Positions 40,279 to 53,967 are shown, numbered from the stretch's first letter. The stretch: DNA of 64,000 bases from Eimeria praecox (GCA_963920595.1 OY986947.1:1116001-1180000); one strand, 5' to 3'. Program-made: numbers and translations. Notes: generated from the letters alone by a model not told the origin.

Positions 40279-40704
40279 ATGGCAGAAAAGAAAGGACAGC
40301 TCTATGTTGTTGATGACATTTTGGCGTGCAAGAGAGTGGGGGGGAAGTTCTACTACCGGATACGCTGGAGTGGCTATGGCGCTGCTGACGACACCTGGGA
40401 GGGCGAAGAATGCTTCACTGCAGGGTCGCTTTCTCATTTTCGCCCGAGGCTTAATGCTTTAGAACAGCTGTGGCTCAACTCAGGAGCGGACAAAAGACGG
40501 GGGCAGAATGCATCAGGTAAGCGGGCAACGACGTCAAGCCGCAGGGACGCGCAAGGACCGAAGACAGGAAAGGGGCGCAAAAAGGCCGCACCAGCGAAGA
40601 AAAGCCAGCCAACGAAACCCAAAAAGGCAAAGAAGGGGAACGGGAATAAGAACACGCGAGCCAAGGGAAGTGGGGGAAGGCAGCGGCAGCAGACGAGTAG
40701 CTGA
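40279..40704 (+). CDS. Small chromodomain protein (141 aa) with Lys/Arg-rich tail
   Basis: MAEKKGQLYVVDDILACKRVGGKFYYRIRWSGYGAADDTWEGEE has an intact Y/W/Y cage. Basic tail KGRKKAAPAKKSQPTKPKKAKK. Single ORF. Confidence 0.75.
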   Translation: MAEKKGQLYVVDDILACKRVGGKFYYRIRWSGYGAADDTWEGEECFTAGSLSHFRPRLNALEQLWLNSGADKRRGQNASGKRATTSSRRDAQGPKTGKGRKKAAPAKKSQPTKPKKAKKGNGNKNTRAKGSGGRQRQQTSS

Positions 40705-41049
40705 TGTGATGAACCAGTAGTGACGTTATCAGTTTTGCTGTCAAGACTATCAACCGATGTGCTGCCTGCATGCACATTTGTACGCACCTTGAACAGCTCA
40801 CCCCAACTCCACTTTTGTGGTTGATAGGGTCGGCGCAACCGCCGCATCTCTGCACAGATTGCATTCATTTTGAAGTCGGCATCTGCGACTCCTCGCTGGG
40901 TTGGAAGTACTCCAAGAGTGCTAGAGGCAAGCAGAGAAGTGAACAACCCAGGTCAAATCAACTGGTACTAGTGCGTACACCATACCCATACAAGGCCTCG
41001 CGGCGAGCAAAAAGGGGGCGGCAAAAAGGCTGAGTCTCCGGCAGGCTTG

Positions 41050-44000
41050 ACAGGAGGTCACCCCGTTACAGGCAAATTTTAATTCAGCTGACTTTGAAGC
41101 AGACGTTCTAAAGGGGCTCGGCATGGGCTTTCCGACTAAGTGATTTGTGGGTGGAACATTGAGAGGGATGAGCATACCATAGGCAAAGTTAGACAGAAAA
41201 CAGGCCATGGTACTTCGATGGGGGTTACGTGGAGGGTTACTTATTGTGTAGAACGCTAAAGCTAAAGCTGTCTCCTTATTGACAGGCCATAACTGTATGG
41301 GGGAGTATATTATTGATTGGCATGTTAGGTTGCACCACAGGGAACGGGTTTTTGGGTGCAGGCAAGCCATCACTATAAGGGCTTCGGGGAGCTCATAATG
41401 GTAATAACCCCTTCTTGTTCCTTGGGTGTAACTAAGATAATCCCAAAGTATTACACTTGGCATACGTGCATGGTGGACCTGAGGGTACGGGAACGCCCTG
41501 TGCGCGCTCTTAGTTAAGAAAGTTCAACCAAATTCCCTCGGGCGTTCCTGCGTGCCCTGCGTGCCGTTAAGCCAAACGCAAGCGGTAAGACGCCTGCACG
41601 GCGGTTCCGCAATTCAGTTACTTTATGGGCATTTTTTTCCGTCTTTTGGGTTTGCTTCTGAGCCCTGACTGATGTCAGCTTGACGATGAGCTGACTGTAC
41701 GCACTCGACCTTAAGTTTTCGATGCCACCTTCTGGTGCCCTGTAGAAAGCACACTATTGCCTCTCGGGTACTTAAGGGGTAGAAGTAGCAAGCACAGTAG
41801 TTCAGAAGATATGGAATATGAGTCAAAGGAAATGAATCATACGCAACACGTACTGCGATTGAGAGTATGCATCTCTGGAAGAGCGGGAGCTCGACCCGGC
41901 GCATACGAGCTGGGACACCAGGCAGCACAGCAGAGCGAAACAGGCCTTAAAATGCAGTGCGAACGTGTCAAGCGGAATGTCTGGTAGTGGCGGGCCCACT
42001 TCACTACCTGTTCGTTGGAATATTCAGGATACAGGCGCGTGATACAGGCGCGTGAAGTTCAGTGGGCCACTGGGGAGCCCTTCGGATACTAGTGCAAGTG
42101 TTGGACGGAATGAGCAACGAATGCCGCGAAGAGCTATCTTTCTTTATCGCTGAAGCGTCGAATGCTTCGGTACTTCCAACAAGGGGTTGCTTGTTAAAGC
42201 CATGTTCATCGTGCCAGTTTTTCTTTACCAACCAACTCACCAGTTTCTCTGTAAAACATTATACCTGCCACTGACCGATTTATGGAAGGTGGGGATTCCA
42301 GGTGTTTGAGTTACATTGACAAGAACCATCAATGCGACGAAGGGTGGGAAAGCTCCTGCGCCCCAAATCATAAACGTATATACCTTTGCTTATTTCCTTT
42401 CCACTATGCAAGCTGTTCTGTAAAAGTGTTCAACAGGTTCACTTCTTCACCTCGTCTCTCATGATGTGACACTATGAAATACGGATAACCACCCACGTGC
42501 AAGAAGCGGTTTGGTTGCGTGCAGGGTTTTCACGGAAACTGCTCGATGCGCATCGGGTGTAAATACCTTCGAGGAGTTCGGCGTCTTAGGGAGATCAGCT
42601 GCCACTGCAGATTGGTGAGAATGCTCAGATGTTTAATGCCAACTATTCCCTGTGGAAAAAGATTTGATCCTCTGTGTACGTCCCATTTCAGTTGTCAACT
42701 TTCAATTGCTCCATTTGGGGAAGCCTGTATTGGCCTGTGGTAGCAGGATTGACTCTCCTGATCTTGGAAAAGGATGCTCACTGAAGGCACCTATCTGGAC
42801 TCTGTACAAGGAGCCAAAAAACAGCAGCAAAGCGAGGGATGCACTGCTGAGATGAGAAATATGACAAGGACAGCAGCACGAAGAGCATGCATCTAGTGAG
42901 CAGTTTTCTACTACGGCAATAAATGTGCACAGCCAGAAAGGCTTGCGGATTGATAGTCAAGCCTCCCCACACGTAGGAAATCAAGGATATTTCCAGACTA
43001 ATAATATTGGATTAATACTGCGTTTGAGAGGAAAAGAACTGAGAGAAGCTGAAACGCAATGCACTGCAAATTATTGCACCCACAACAGGCATTTTGTTAT
43101 ATTCGGGGGAAGCTCATCATGATGAAAGCTTCGTGCTCTCTGATGCGTATGCTCTAGAGCTTTGGGCGAGAATGCTTTCGTTGCATAGGCACTCAGCATA
43201 TACTAATGGGTTGTTTGAGGTGCTCATGAGCAACTTAGTGACTATCTCCGTAGAGGAACCATCGCTGACAGCTTAGACTACGGTAGAAGAGCCACAGTCT
43301 GTGGATGTCTGCATTTGGACAGGGACAGGCCAGCGGCCAAGGGAGGACTCGTACCTAAAACTACAAGGAAGGGTGCTTAAAAGGCCACAATCGTCTGCAT
43401 TGGGGGACATGAGAGGCGACAGAGCAATTAGCTATAGCTCAACGATTACTGTTCCAACATATGTGAGGCCGCTGCATGCCGCTGTATGCATGCATAGATA
43501 ATATGGCTCCACGCTGCTGACGTTTAAGGGAGCAGCAGCTATTCCTTACACTGATAGAATGCAGCACAATTGCTCAGTCTAGCTGGGATTGTGTGAATTT
43601 ACAGCAACAATATCTTATTATCTTCCCGCTTAACTGCAGTGCAATAATGTAGCAGCACGATATTCCTGCAAGCCTAAAAGCAGCAGGCCTTTCCTCCGGC
43701 CGATTAGACTAGTGGATTGCCCGCATTTCTCCGTCGTGCTCGGCAACTCCTGTTTCTCTGGAATATTTGCTGTACAGAACCGTTCTTTAGACTCTCTGCC
43801 CTCTCAGCCATCTATAATACATTTGAAGATCCTGAAGTGCAGCACCTGCATAAGGTGCACGGCAGCTTCCCGTCATAGGAGTAGCTTGCAGTACCTGCCG
43901 CGTCGCATAGACAGATAGATCGCATGCATCAAATCCACTAGTCCATTAGGCTCTATGCCTTATTGGAAATGTGCTGTTCAACGCAGACACCGCCTTGTCC

Positions 44001-44300
44001 TTGCAAACAGAACTTTCCACCAAGAGTAAGTAATTTAACCGTTTGTGGTCTAGGCAATATTTGTGTCCCTCGTAGCCTCTGGCGTGTGCACAGTTGTACC
44101 TAGGCCCGTAAACGCTTCCCTTGATGGCAATCCTACTCGCGAATAGTTGTTTCCCCCCATGTATAATGACCACATAGATATGTATGCCGGGTAACTGCCA
44201 AGCAAAAGGCTCATATCTGGAAGGCCTGGCTTGCCCCCCATCCACAACGGACACCTACACAGGTATGTCGGGTACCTCTATCAAACATAAGGCTAATATC
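41050..44300 (-). mobile_element. Degenerate Ty3/gypsy LTR-retrotransposon pol remnant B
   Basis: Broken motifs in pol order on minus: SVYGP..KYCLDHKRLN (~44050, cf. CxDYRxLN), RNase H-like PLVYAE (~43200), HSLLIPSNTCTSI (~42100, cf. integrase PLPIPxxPWxxIS) and an integrase core-like stretch ~41750-41900. Many stops and frameshifts; boundaries approximate. Confidence 0.5.
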
Positions 44301-45599
44301 TGGAAAGCGTGGCATAGTACAAGTTGTTTTTGATAAGATATAGGAGCGGATACAGCCCCCAAAATTCCAGAGTTTCTCAGCCAGGAGTCAATCTGCTGGC
44401 AGGGTGCTCTGCTGCAAACTTTTAGCTCGTAGCTAGTTGCGAATCCTACCAGAGCCGGACTTTGACGAGCAAACAGCTTCTGCGGCACCGAGATAGAGAC
44501 CTGTAGAGTATAGATTTATAATGTTTGGCCTAAACACTGGGCTCTACGTGTCCAACAAGGAAGGAAGCAAAGGGCAGCTGCCCACCGGAGCGCAATGCAT
44601 TGGAAGGAGAAGTGAGCCTTCATGATCCCTCATGCCCGCGGGCAGTGGAAGCCAAGAATTGCTATACAAGACAAAGGGAAGGAGCAGAGAAAGCAAAATG
44701 TAATGCTGGCAGACGATGAGAGACAAACGCTGCTACCGACGGCACACGGAAATCGAGAAATAATAGAGGAGGAACAGATTTCTCTATTTTTTAACTTTAC
44801 GACGGCAGCCAATGCTTTGCGAATGTCTTCCGCCGTTGGTAGCTACTCAAATGAGACCGTGGTGCCCTGGTCAACTCAACCTGCTGTGAACACCTACATT
44901 GTTGACCTTCGCTGCAGCCAGATCTAAACGAAATGAACCTCGCAACCATGGCAGCTTACACTTGAGGATTTCCAACAAAGCTTTGAGGTGCGTTAAGGAG
45001 TAAATTCAAGTTCATACCACCCCCGAAGACACTATAGAGGGTGCTTGATTCACTCTATTTGTTGTTCTGCATGCTGGCCAATCCCGTCTTGACCCTTTCC
45101 CTTTCCTTATTGATAGGCGGCATCCGGTAGATGCAAAAGGAGTCTACAAGCGTATCCAAGGACCGTTGAGGGCTACAATGATGTAGAAGTGCCAAAGAGA
45201 AAAGCCCCCCCAAAGCACCTCGCCTTCCCTCTATTCTTTGGACCACGGCACAGCGGCATAAGGACCTGGGGCTGGCGTGTAAAGGGGGCGGCGTGCTATA
45301 CGTTGCAACGCGCCTTGCTTTAATTAGAAGCATGAGAGCATGCCTAACCCCTTTTCGATGCTAGAACTAAAACCGTAGACGATTATTAAACACGTATGTG
45401 GCCGTCACTGCGCAGCCTGCATGCATGCCCAAGCGTACAAGCCAACTTCCAACAGATCATGCAGCATCTACGGCCCTCTGCCCTAACAGCACAAGCCTTC
45501 TTGCGTGTGGCTTCCCAGCAAGGGTTGGCGGTTGCACGAAGGGAAGGGAAAGAGCGCTCGAAAGGGGCCAAATCACCAAGTACAGAAACTGGACGGGAA

Positions 45600-48500
45600 A
45601 GTGGCAAGGAAAGAACATAAAGGCAAGTGGCATCTTCAAGTGGCATCTTCTGATTCAGCGTAAAATTTCTCCTACGCCGGCCATATGCTGCTGCGGCCAA
45701 CCAGCGCAGCAGCCTACTCGCAGCTAATTACTTCGCTCTCTCTCATAAGCTTCCGTTTGAAGCCGCTTTTCGAATCTGCAATCTCATTCTAATTAAAACT
45801 ATGTAGCGACGCACCCGTCGGAGCGCAACGTCAACCTACGCATGAAACGAGTAGACTGGCCAAGGGGAAAAAGGGCGAGCTTGTCAGCCTACTTCTCCGC
45901 ATCTAAAGAAATGGAAATGTTGTTGGCTACGCTGCCGATCTAGCTGTCAGTAGAGGAAGGGTCGAAGCTTACAGCGGAGGAGTCACTAAAGCTGGAAAGG
46001 AGTTAAATGTAACGATATAAACGCCTCTTCGCATGCCAGAAAGCACCTGTCAACAATATATTATATGTGGCCCAAAATTTACGCTGCGTTGTGCACGCCC
46101 ACCCTCGGAGTCACCGCGCCTGTGCCGAGTTCGGAGCGCAAACACTCACGAGGAATTGGCTAAATAAGACATTCTTCAGAACCCCACTAAGGTTGTCAGT
46201 TCTCCGGCAATTTTACCTAATATTTTCGATTTCTCCAGCATGCGCTTGCCGATGCATGCGCTTCTAGGATCCCTATTTCCTCCGTGTGTTCCTTCCTACC
46301 AAGTATCATGCTGCACTTGTGTGGAAGGGTTCGACAAAGTCTCTGTGATACCCTGAATCGCTTTAGGGAACCAGTATTAATGGTGTAATAGCATCCCCAC
46401 GTTGGGGGTAGAATTATATAGGAAATATCTGACGGGCTGTAAGAACGGCAATTGCACGGCCAACGCTTTTTCACTTACGAGTCCTCCTGCGCTCCTCGTA
46501 GGGTGTGAGGTTCCCCTAAGGCCGAGCCTTCGGGGTAAACAAAGTCGAACGCTGTTTACCGTAGTTTCTGCTCGGCAGTCCTGTGCTTTCTTCAGACATT
46601 CCCCAGCGGCTGCAAGCTGCGTATGGAATTATGCAGCTGCGGAATTACGGAGATGGCTGTCGACAACTACATCCAACGTTTATGCAAGACAACGGTGTTT
46701 CTGTGGCGAACAGGGGACCAAAGAACATCAGGTCAGCGAGTGCTATGTTATATCATAAGCCTACCCTGCTATCCTGCAAAAAAAGGGAAATAAACATTGC
46801 AGTGCGTCTTGGTAATGATGCTTTTCCGATTTTTGTGGAGGTTCCAGATGAGTAACGAATAGTTTGTCCACTCTGCCTGATGTGGCTGGACACAAGCAAG
46901 GGATGAACTGGGCAGATAGGCTCAAGCTATCCACAACGCGAGTGCCATAACCGCCTCGGTCTGATGGTAGATTCACCATCAAATCCATTGATATTTCCGT
47001 CCAGATCCCCTTAGGAGTGGGAAAAGCACGACTCCAGGTTTAAGAGTGCTCCGCTACTTTTGTTGCTGACATATTGAACAAGCGAGGACATATTGATCAC
47101 CTGAAGGGAGCGTTCTAGGCCACCAAAAAGGCCTGACCACCCGCTCTACTGTTACGCTAACACTTTCTAGGCAAGCTAAAGCATGATCATCTGTTTTGTA
47201 CAAAAGTTACGTATGGAGTGAAGCTGAGCCCTATAAACGGCCAGGTCCAAATTTCGTCTGGTGATGCTGGAAACTGCCCTCTTTACTGTTGTGCTTGGTC
47301 TATTGTCCACTATTGAGCTTGGCCTGAAACGGAGCAACGCGGGCATCCTAGGATAAAGAAAAACTCAACGCCGCAGATGAACTCGACTGCGGAAAAAGGT
47401 ACTGGGCCGGTAGGACTTCGGGGGAGTTAGCGAGCACGTTTGTGATAGCCTCGACATATTTGACCACGCAGTCGTACGGCCTACCATGCTAGGTACCAGA
47501 ACAACTAGTTTACCACCCAACTCTTGAAATTTATTCATCAGGCGTGTCAGGGATAGTGAAACACCCAGCATATAAGTGGAATCCATACTCCTCACCAGAC
47601 CCCGCAGATCCTTTCCTTACCTATGGGATGCATTGTTCTCGTTCCGTGAAACAGTGTGTGAGCATGAATGAGCGTAGGCGGCAATTACTTGATGGTCTAT
47701 TGAGCCGTCAGCTTGTTGAGAGTGCACTGCCTCAAACGCCTTTTCATTTGCATCAGTTGTTAGCAGGGTTCGAAATCAGGGAGCGCAAGCGCTAGGCACG
47801 GTGCCAAATATCTGATAGCACTTCTGGGGGCTTCTGTTCGGTTCTTGCGCAAGGAAGCCGTTCGTTCTTATTGAGTAAATCGGTGAAGGGAGCGGCGATG
47901 ATAAGGAATCCAGAAATAAATTTGAATTCCGTGAAACTTCTGAACACTTGTGCGAGGGCACAGGAGAAACAACCTGTCCCGAATTGCCGCTGTCTATGGT
48001 TGGGCCTGTGCTGCAGAGACGTAAGGCCCTAATAATCTAGATATCCGTGTATAAAAGCACTTGTGCTCGTACACACCACTGCCTTCCACGTATTGGTTGG
48101 GCAATGGGGAATCTTGGCCAGCCTCACTGCAATTCAGGTGCGTTGACGATCCCCAAGGGTACAGAACTATACTCTCGTTTGTGGATGCATCTGTGGAATG
48201 GGGACCTCTACCTGTTGCCAGGACGTTCTGGAGTCTGCACCCCCCCCCCTCACTGTAGCTTGAGGTATCAGAATCATTTTACAGAATCTACCAAGCAGTG
48301 CCAGCAATGAATACCATTAGCAGAAGCTTGGATATGGCTGATTCGATGCGGATATGTCGGTACGGCTATCCCTTCGTTTTAGCCTAGTCACGACCACTAT
48401 GTTGCGCGCCAGCCACGACATTTTGGCGGTTGCTTTCTTGGTTCTGCTACCGGTGTAACTCAAAGTACTTCCTATCCAGTTCTTTATCTGCTTTCAAGGC

Positions 48501-49600
48501 CTCGAAGCCTCGTTTTAGGTGAGCTTGCGTCTTGCGAAAGAGGCAGATGCAGTGTTCGGCAGGTAGCCCCGGATTTCTGATTCCCTGATGGGCCTACTGC
48601 TCTCTACTCTCACTTATTTTTCTGGGTGGAGCTGGCATTCACCGTTCAAATATCTATAGGCTGTATATCTTGATCATTTCCAACCTCTTTTCCGTCACTC
48701 AGGGTGGTGGAAGTGGCGCTTTTCTCCTTTCCAGAATTTGGCGCACAAACAATCCAGCATGTGCACGCTGACGGGTCCCACCCTTCGCCCCTTGGCTTTC
48801 CTGTTCATTTAGTCAAGAGCTATTTATAGGAGATTCGGGTTCACCCTGGGGACTTTTGCTCACCAAGGAGTGACTCTTCTGTGTGTAATAGGCTATCAAT
48901 AGATTTCCACGTCCAAGCCCTTCCACTTCTGCCATAGCCTGCTCCCTTGCCAACCTACTTCCCGCCCCATACCAGAAAGCATCCACACTTCAGAGGCGCT
49001 CTTTAAAAGTGGTACACTCGCTTACCTGTAGCCGCCACTGCTACTCTTTCCCTTCTAATAAAGCAGAGACAAATAGGGACTGTATATCTCCAAGCACATG
49101 TTGAAGAGGGTAGTACTCCAGATAACCGAAAAATTCTGCCCATACTTTGCTTCGCTCGCTAGATTTGTACGGTCGGCAGAAGTGAAAGTATTCTATACTA
49201 ACTGTTTTCGGTGCAAAACACTTCGGGAGGGATGGAAGGCTCATGATGCCCTCGTTCCAATGAAACGATGAGCTCAGGTGTTGCTCGCGTCACCGCCGGA
49301 AGCCATTGGCTGGCCATCCTCCGTTGCTGGGCTGGGGAAATGGCTGAATCTTTGAAATATATTTTAGGGAGCGTTCCCAGGACTCCTTTCGTCTCAAGCA
49401 ACCTTGCCGAGTAATGGTTGTTTTGCCTTCGGGGGTCTCGAAAGCAGGCTGGGGTCCCCAGCCTGCCTTCACCCTGGGGTGGAACCAAATATAAAGGAGT
49501 GGTCGACCTCTGTGGAGGGCAGGCGTGAGGTGGATGAGGAACCAACATATTCATACGCTCCTAAATATCAGATAACTCCCCTCCAATCTCCTGGCGTGCT
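45600..49600 (-). mobile_element. Degenerate Ty3/gypsy (chromovirus-like) LTR-retrotransposon remnant A
   Basis: Minus strand, order RT-RH-INT: REYSSVPLGIVNAP (~48150, cf. YEFxVMPFGLxNAP), KFISGFLIIAAPFTDLLNKN (~47900), ALALPDFEP/LLTTDANEKAFEAVHSQQ (~47750, RNase H), CQQQK..TPKGIWTEISMDLMVNLP..RVVDSLSLSAQFIP (~47000, integrase), LYNSTP (~46420), GPY/F-like and chromo-like traces ~45650-45900. The gag region (48.5-49.6 kb) is inferred only from position. Confidence 0.75.
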
Positions 49601-50829
49601 CGGCACAGCTGTGCAAGAGCCTGGGACGCGTTCGGAGGGAGCGAACACTGTCAAGAGCATTGCATTCCCACATGCACGGACACCAAGCAACATTGCAGAA
49701 GGTGTTGGAATAACACCTAGTGCAACTTTAGAGCATTCTTTAGGCCTTCTGTAGCCTGCTTACATGCACGTACAAGTCCACATAACGCCTCCAGACATAC
49801 GGCGCCATAGAATTCGCAGTGTTACGTGTACTACTGCCAATTAAATTCGAGGCTTGAAGTATTATGCAGTATTGATAGTTTTTTTAGAACGAGAATAACA
49901 CTCCACAGGACGAAATGCAATCATAAGCGAGCTGTATAGGGCAAAGCCTAGATCCACTAGATAACTGGTAGTGACATCACCGTGTTTGTGTAGGCTGTTC
50001 TCTTCTTCCCCACCCATTCCGGCCCCTTTAGCAAAAAGTACAGTGATTTTGAGTAGTAATCCTAATTGTTTTGGGTAAAGATGCTTCAATTGATGATTGA
50101 AAATCTGCGGGGAGCACGAGGGGGAAGGAAAGGCTTTTGGGGCTTCCAGAGAGCTCACGATAAGGAGGGGAAGCAGTGTTTGAGTATAAAAGAAGGATAA
50201 TTTTCGTAAACAGCTAAGTATTACTACACAGTTTTAACTATACAGTAATATATATAATTGAGGGAGAGGAGGATCTGTGGAAATATAGAACAAACTCAGC
50301 GTAAGACTACACCAACCAATGCCAGCCCTCGTGGCTGCGGGGGAAGGTAAGGGGACTCGTTTCTGGGTGCTGAGCCAAGAGCATAAGATGCAGCAGACTC
50401 GTGTTTGCTGTTGTTTGTGAATTGCTTTATGTTGCTCTTTTCTATTCCATAGTAGCCCTTATGGCTGCCTCTTTCCCCTCAAATTTACATTGAGCTTCCC
50501 CCTCTGAAGGACCGCTCGCCCCCCCTGTGGCTGAGCTGTGCATACCGCTGCTGAGGCGGTGGGATCCGGGGTTATTCTCCTTCTGCTCTAGATCCCATTA
50601 TTTATGCAAAGGGAAGGACAGAAAGGAGGGACGCGTTATGGGGAGGGGGCCTAGTCCCTTAGCAGCTCTCCCCCCTCCCCTTCTCTGGCAAGTCGTCTCT
50701 CTTTTCAACATATTCTGTTGTTTGTGCTGTGCGTCGATGCCACGGGGCCCCCTTTTCATCTTTATCCTCTAACGTACTTTTTCCCGCCCCCCTGGCTGCT
50801 GCTTGTCCCCTCCATCTCTCCGCAGCGAG

Positions 50830-53017
50830 ATGAGCCTTCGTACGGCCCTCGTAGCTGCTCTCTCAACGGGTCTGTGCTGCAGCCTTTTGGCTGTTGGCGC
50901 CTCAGACGCAAACACTCCCTCGATTCCTTCAGACCTAGTGGCTTCCTCTCTCCCTGAAGCAACAGATAATGCTACCCAACCAGCGGAAGCTGCTTCAGAG
51001 CAGATAGGGGATGATGAGCCTGAAGAGGAAGGCCTCCTCCAGGAAGAAGAGCTTCTTGAGGCAGACCAAGAAGTCAATGATGACTCGCTCAATTCTTCTT
51101 CTGTAGGACCAAACCTCCGCCGTCTTAAAGCCCGCAGGGGCGGAGCCGGCAGGCATGGAAAGGCAGCTAAAACCCCCCCTCCCTCCATTGGCCCTTTCTG
51201 GGGTGGAGTTCTTCTGTAAGGATCCCCAGATCCTCTACGACCCTCCATCACGAAGACCCTTTGCTTCTATTATCTTTATTTTATCTTATCTGTCGTAGTC
51301 TTATGGATACATACAGTCCAAGAAACACTGAAGTTGATAGACAGCCCAACTAGATGAGATCGGTGAAGTAGCAGCAGCGAGTTCTTCTTCTTTTCTCCTC
51401 CTGTCATTCTTTGATAGAATGAACGTGAATAAATGCATGTTGTCTTGCATGCATGCGCCCATGTTTGCTTGCAGCGCGTTGGGATCCATCTTCTCTGTTG
51501 CTGCTCTGTGGCGTAAGACGAGTGAGCTGTATCATAGCCCCAAGCAAGCCTTACGGAAGGCGAAGATGAGGCTCTTAGGTGGGTCTTTACTACACCTTAG
51601 ACCTAAGGGGTGTAGATAATAAACACAGAGAAAGAAGCATTTATATATAGCCTTATTGCTGCTGCATGCTCAGTCATACATCTGTATAGCTTGTCAGCAT
51701 ACCTGCTTATACGCCTGTTGACAGCGTAGTAAGCAGGGAATGCAGGTGTGCACGCATCCCTCTGTGTATATATGTTGTTTATGGAGGCGTCAATTAGTAT
51801 TCTATGCTGTCAGATGTTTTGAAGTTATATATTACTATTGGTTGAACGGCGAAGAGCTCAGCTCTCTTGGGTCTGCTGTTCTTGGGTGTATGCGCTACAC
51901 CAGCACATGCAAATACCTAATGAGACGGGTGTGAAGGGGGAAGCAGACGTTGTGCATGCACAGTGCATGCATGCATGCATGCATGCATGCATGTGTGCAT
52001 GCACAGTGCATGCATGCATGCATGCATGCATGCATGTATGCATGCACGGATGATGCATGCATGCTGGGTGTATGTGTGTGTGTGGGGGGGGTGTATATGA
52101 TTTCTACAGGTCAGGTACCGCATTCTTGGGACGAGTATGTACGGAGATTACCCGTGTTGGACGAGTTAGATTTCCCCGAGGTTCGTCCTTTATTAAGGCG
52201 TTTGGAGAAGAAGTCGGTGGTGTTGATGTCTTTGCCGAAGCCACGAGCACGTCTAGCTTCATTTTTGGGGCTGACAGAAAGACAGCGAGAGGAGGGAATT
52301 GTAATAAAAGGGAAATCAACTGCAGGATGCAGTGCTAAGGAGGTGGCGTTTGAATTGTTTGCTCATCAAACTCTGGCAAGGGGGCTACCATTATCGCTTC
52401 CCGCTCTTGGAGCTTTCAGGGATATAGATGGGAGCACTCTATACCTCGTAACGCCGAGGGCTCGAGCAGATGTTTCTCTTTATACTCGACGTATGCCTGA
52501 GAAGGTGACATTGCGGCTAGCTCTAGCAGAGATGACCTACGGTTTATGGGGTATGCATAAACGGGGCTGGGTCCATCGGGATATTAAGGGCTGCAATTAT
52601 TTCGTTAGTCAGGATGGGCATGCATTGTTGGCAGATTTTGAAGGCTTCTGGAGAAGCGGCATGCATGCAATCATGTATGGAGAAGAAGTAGAGATTATAT
52701 TTACGCAAAATTATGTTGCACCCGAGTTAACATTTGACGGTGAATATCAGGTCTTTGATTTCAAAACTGACGTCTATGCCCTTGGGGTCACTTTCAGAGA
52801 AATGCTGGAATGGATGGGAGGCCTGCCAGTCCCACATCGGGATCTAGTTGAGGATCTGATCAAACACATGACTGATCCAGATACGAAGACCCGGTATGAT
52901 CTGATGCAGTGCATGCAGCATCCATACTTTGAAGGACTTGACTTCGCACTTGTTGAAAGAAAAATGTATGGGAAGGCGTTTGATGGCAATTACCAGACGC
53001 CATACAAGTTTCTTTGA
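50830..53017 (+). CDS. Secreted coccidian kinase, WNG/ROP35-like, 3 exons
   Basis: Signal peptide MSLRTALVAALSTGLCCSLLAVGA, acidic linker, spliced hydrophobic FWGGVLL|ALGSIFSVAALW. Kinase motifs IVIK, HRDIKGCNYFVSQDGHALLADFEG, YVAPE, KTDVYALG; no GxGxxG loop. The HRDIK..NYFV..DGH..LADFEG string is what I recall as characteristic of ROP35/WNG1. Confidence 0.8.
51953..52063. repeat. (TGCA)n / TGCATGCA array in kinase intron 2
   Basis: Tandem TGCATGCA, the non-coding coccidian octamer. Confidence 0.95.
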
Positions 53018-53967
53018 TGTGCTGGATCCCATCCAGCCAAACAGACACTGTAGGCCCCCCCTCTGTTTCTTTTATATCCTGCACACTGCATGAAACACGG
53101 GATAGAAGAATGAGGGGTATTTCAAGGGACAAGCGGCGTTGGGAGGCCCCATGCATGCGTCCCCTGGGACCGCAAAGAACAGATTGGACGGCAGTAGACA
53201 GCACTTAAGTGGTGCTGTGCTTGGGTCTTTGTGCCTCACTTCCCGGGGCCCCGGGTGATTTTCTTGTGGCTCATTGGCAGGTTGTTAGGTTAGCTTCAGA
53301 CAGAATTGCAACACCCAATGGAGGATAGACAACATTTATATCCTCCTGAGGGCCTCCTCCTCCCCCTCCTCCTCAGTGGTTTCAGGCTGCTGCAACTTCC
53401 CATTGCATATGCATGCAGGGAAGCTTACGCGGCGCTAACAAGAGACTTGTATTGCTGCCATTTGAGGCCAACTATTTTCAATAAGCCACTAAGTGTAGCA
53501 GAACCCAGTGTATATACACAGCACGTCGAACAGCACATCTGTACATCCCGGAAGAAACGATACTGTGGCCTCTGATCATGAGTTGCTTTGCCGTATAGAA
53601 CTAGATTAACTCCGGCGATCCTCCTAGGGACTTAGGAAGAAAGCTGCTGCTATACAGTTCAATTAGGCTTCTGTCTCTGTCTATACCTATTCAAGTTTAA
53701 CGAACGATCTGAGCGTCAGGATAGATACGAGCCTGCATCAGGCTTTCGCCTGACTACACGGCAATCATTGTGTACACCTGGTGGCTTAAACCCTGAACCC
53801 TAGAACGTCAAATAAGAATTAGTAATAATAATAATAATAATATCTAAAACCCTAAACCCTGGGACCCCCTATCCCTCTCTTGGAGGACGGGTTGTTCCAA
53901 GACAGGGGCGATAGCGTCAATTTAAGTTAATATAAAAACAAATGTGGCCCCATAGGATGGGTTACAG

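Noticed and set aside
44400..50300. Paired LTRs and a primer-binding site (TGGTGTCCGTGC on minus, ~49673-49684) for remnant A
   Set aside because: No direct repeat pair is visible and the match to a tRNA 3' end could not be verified.
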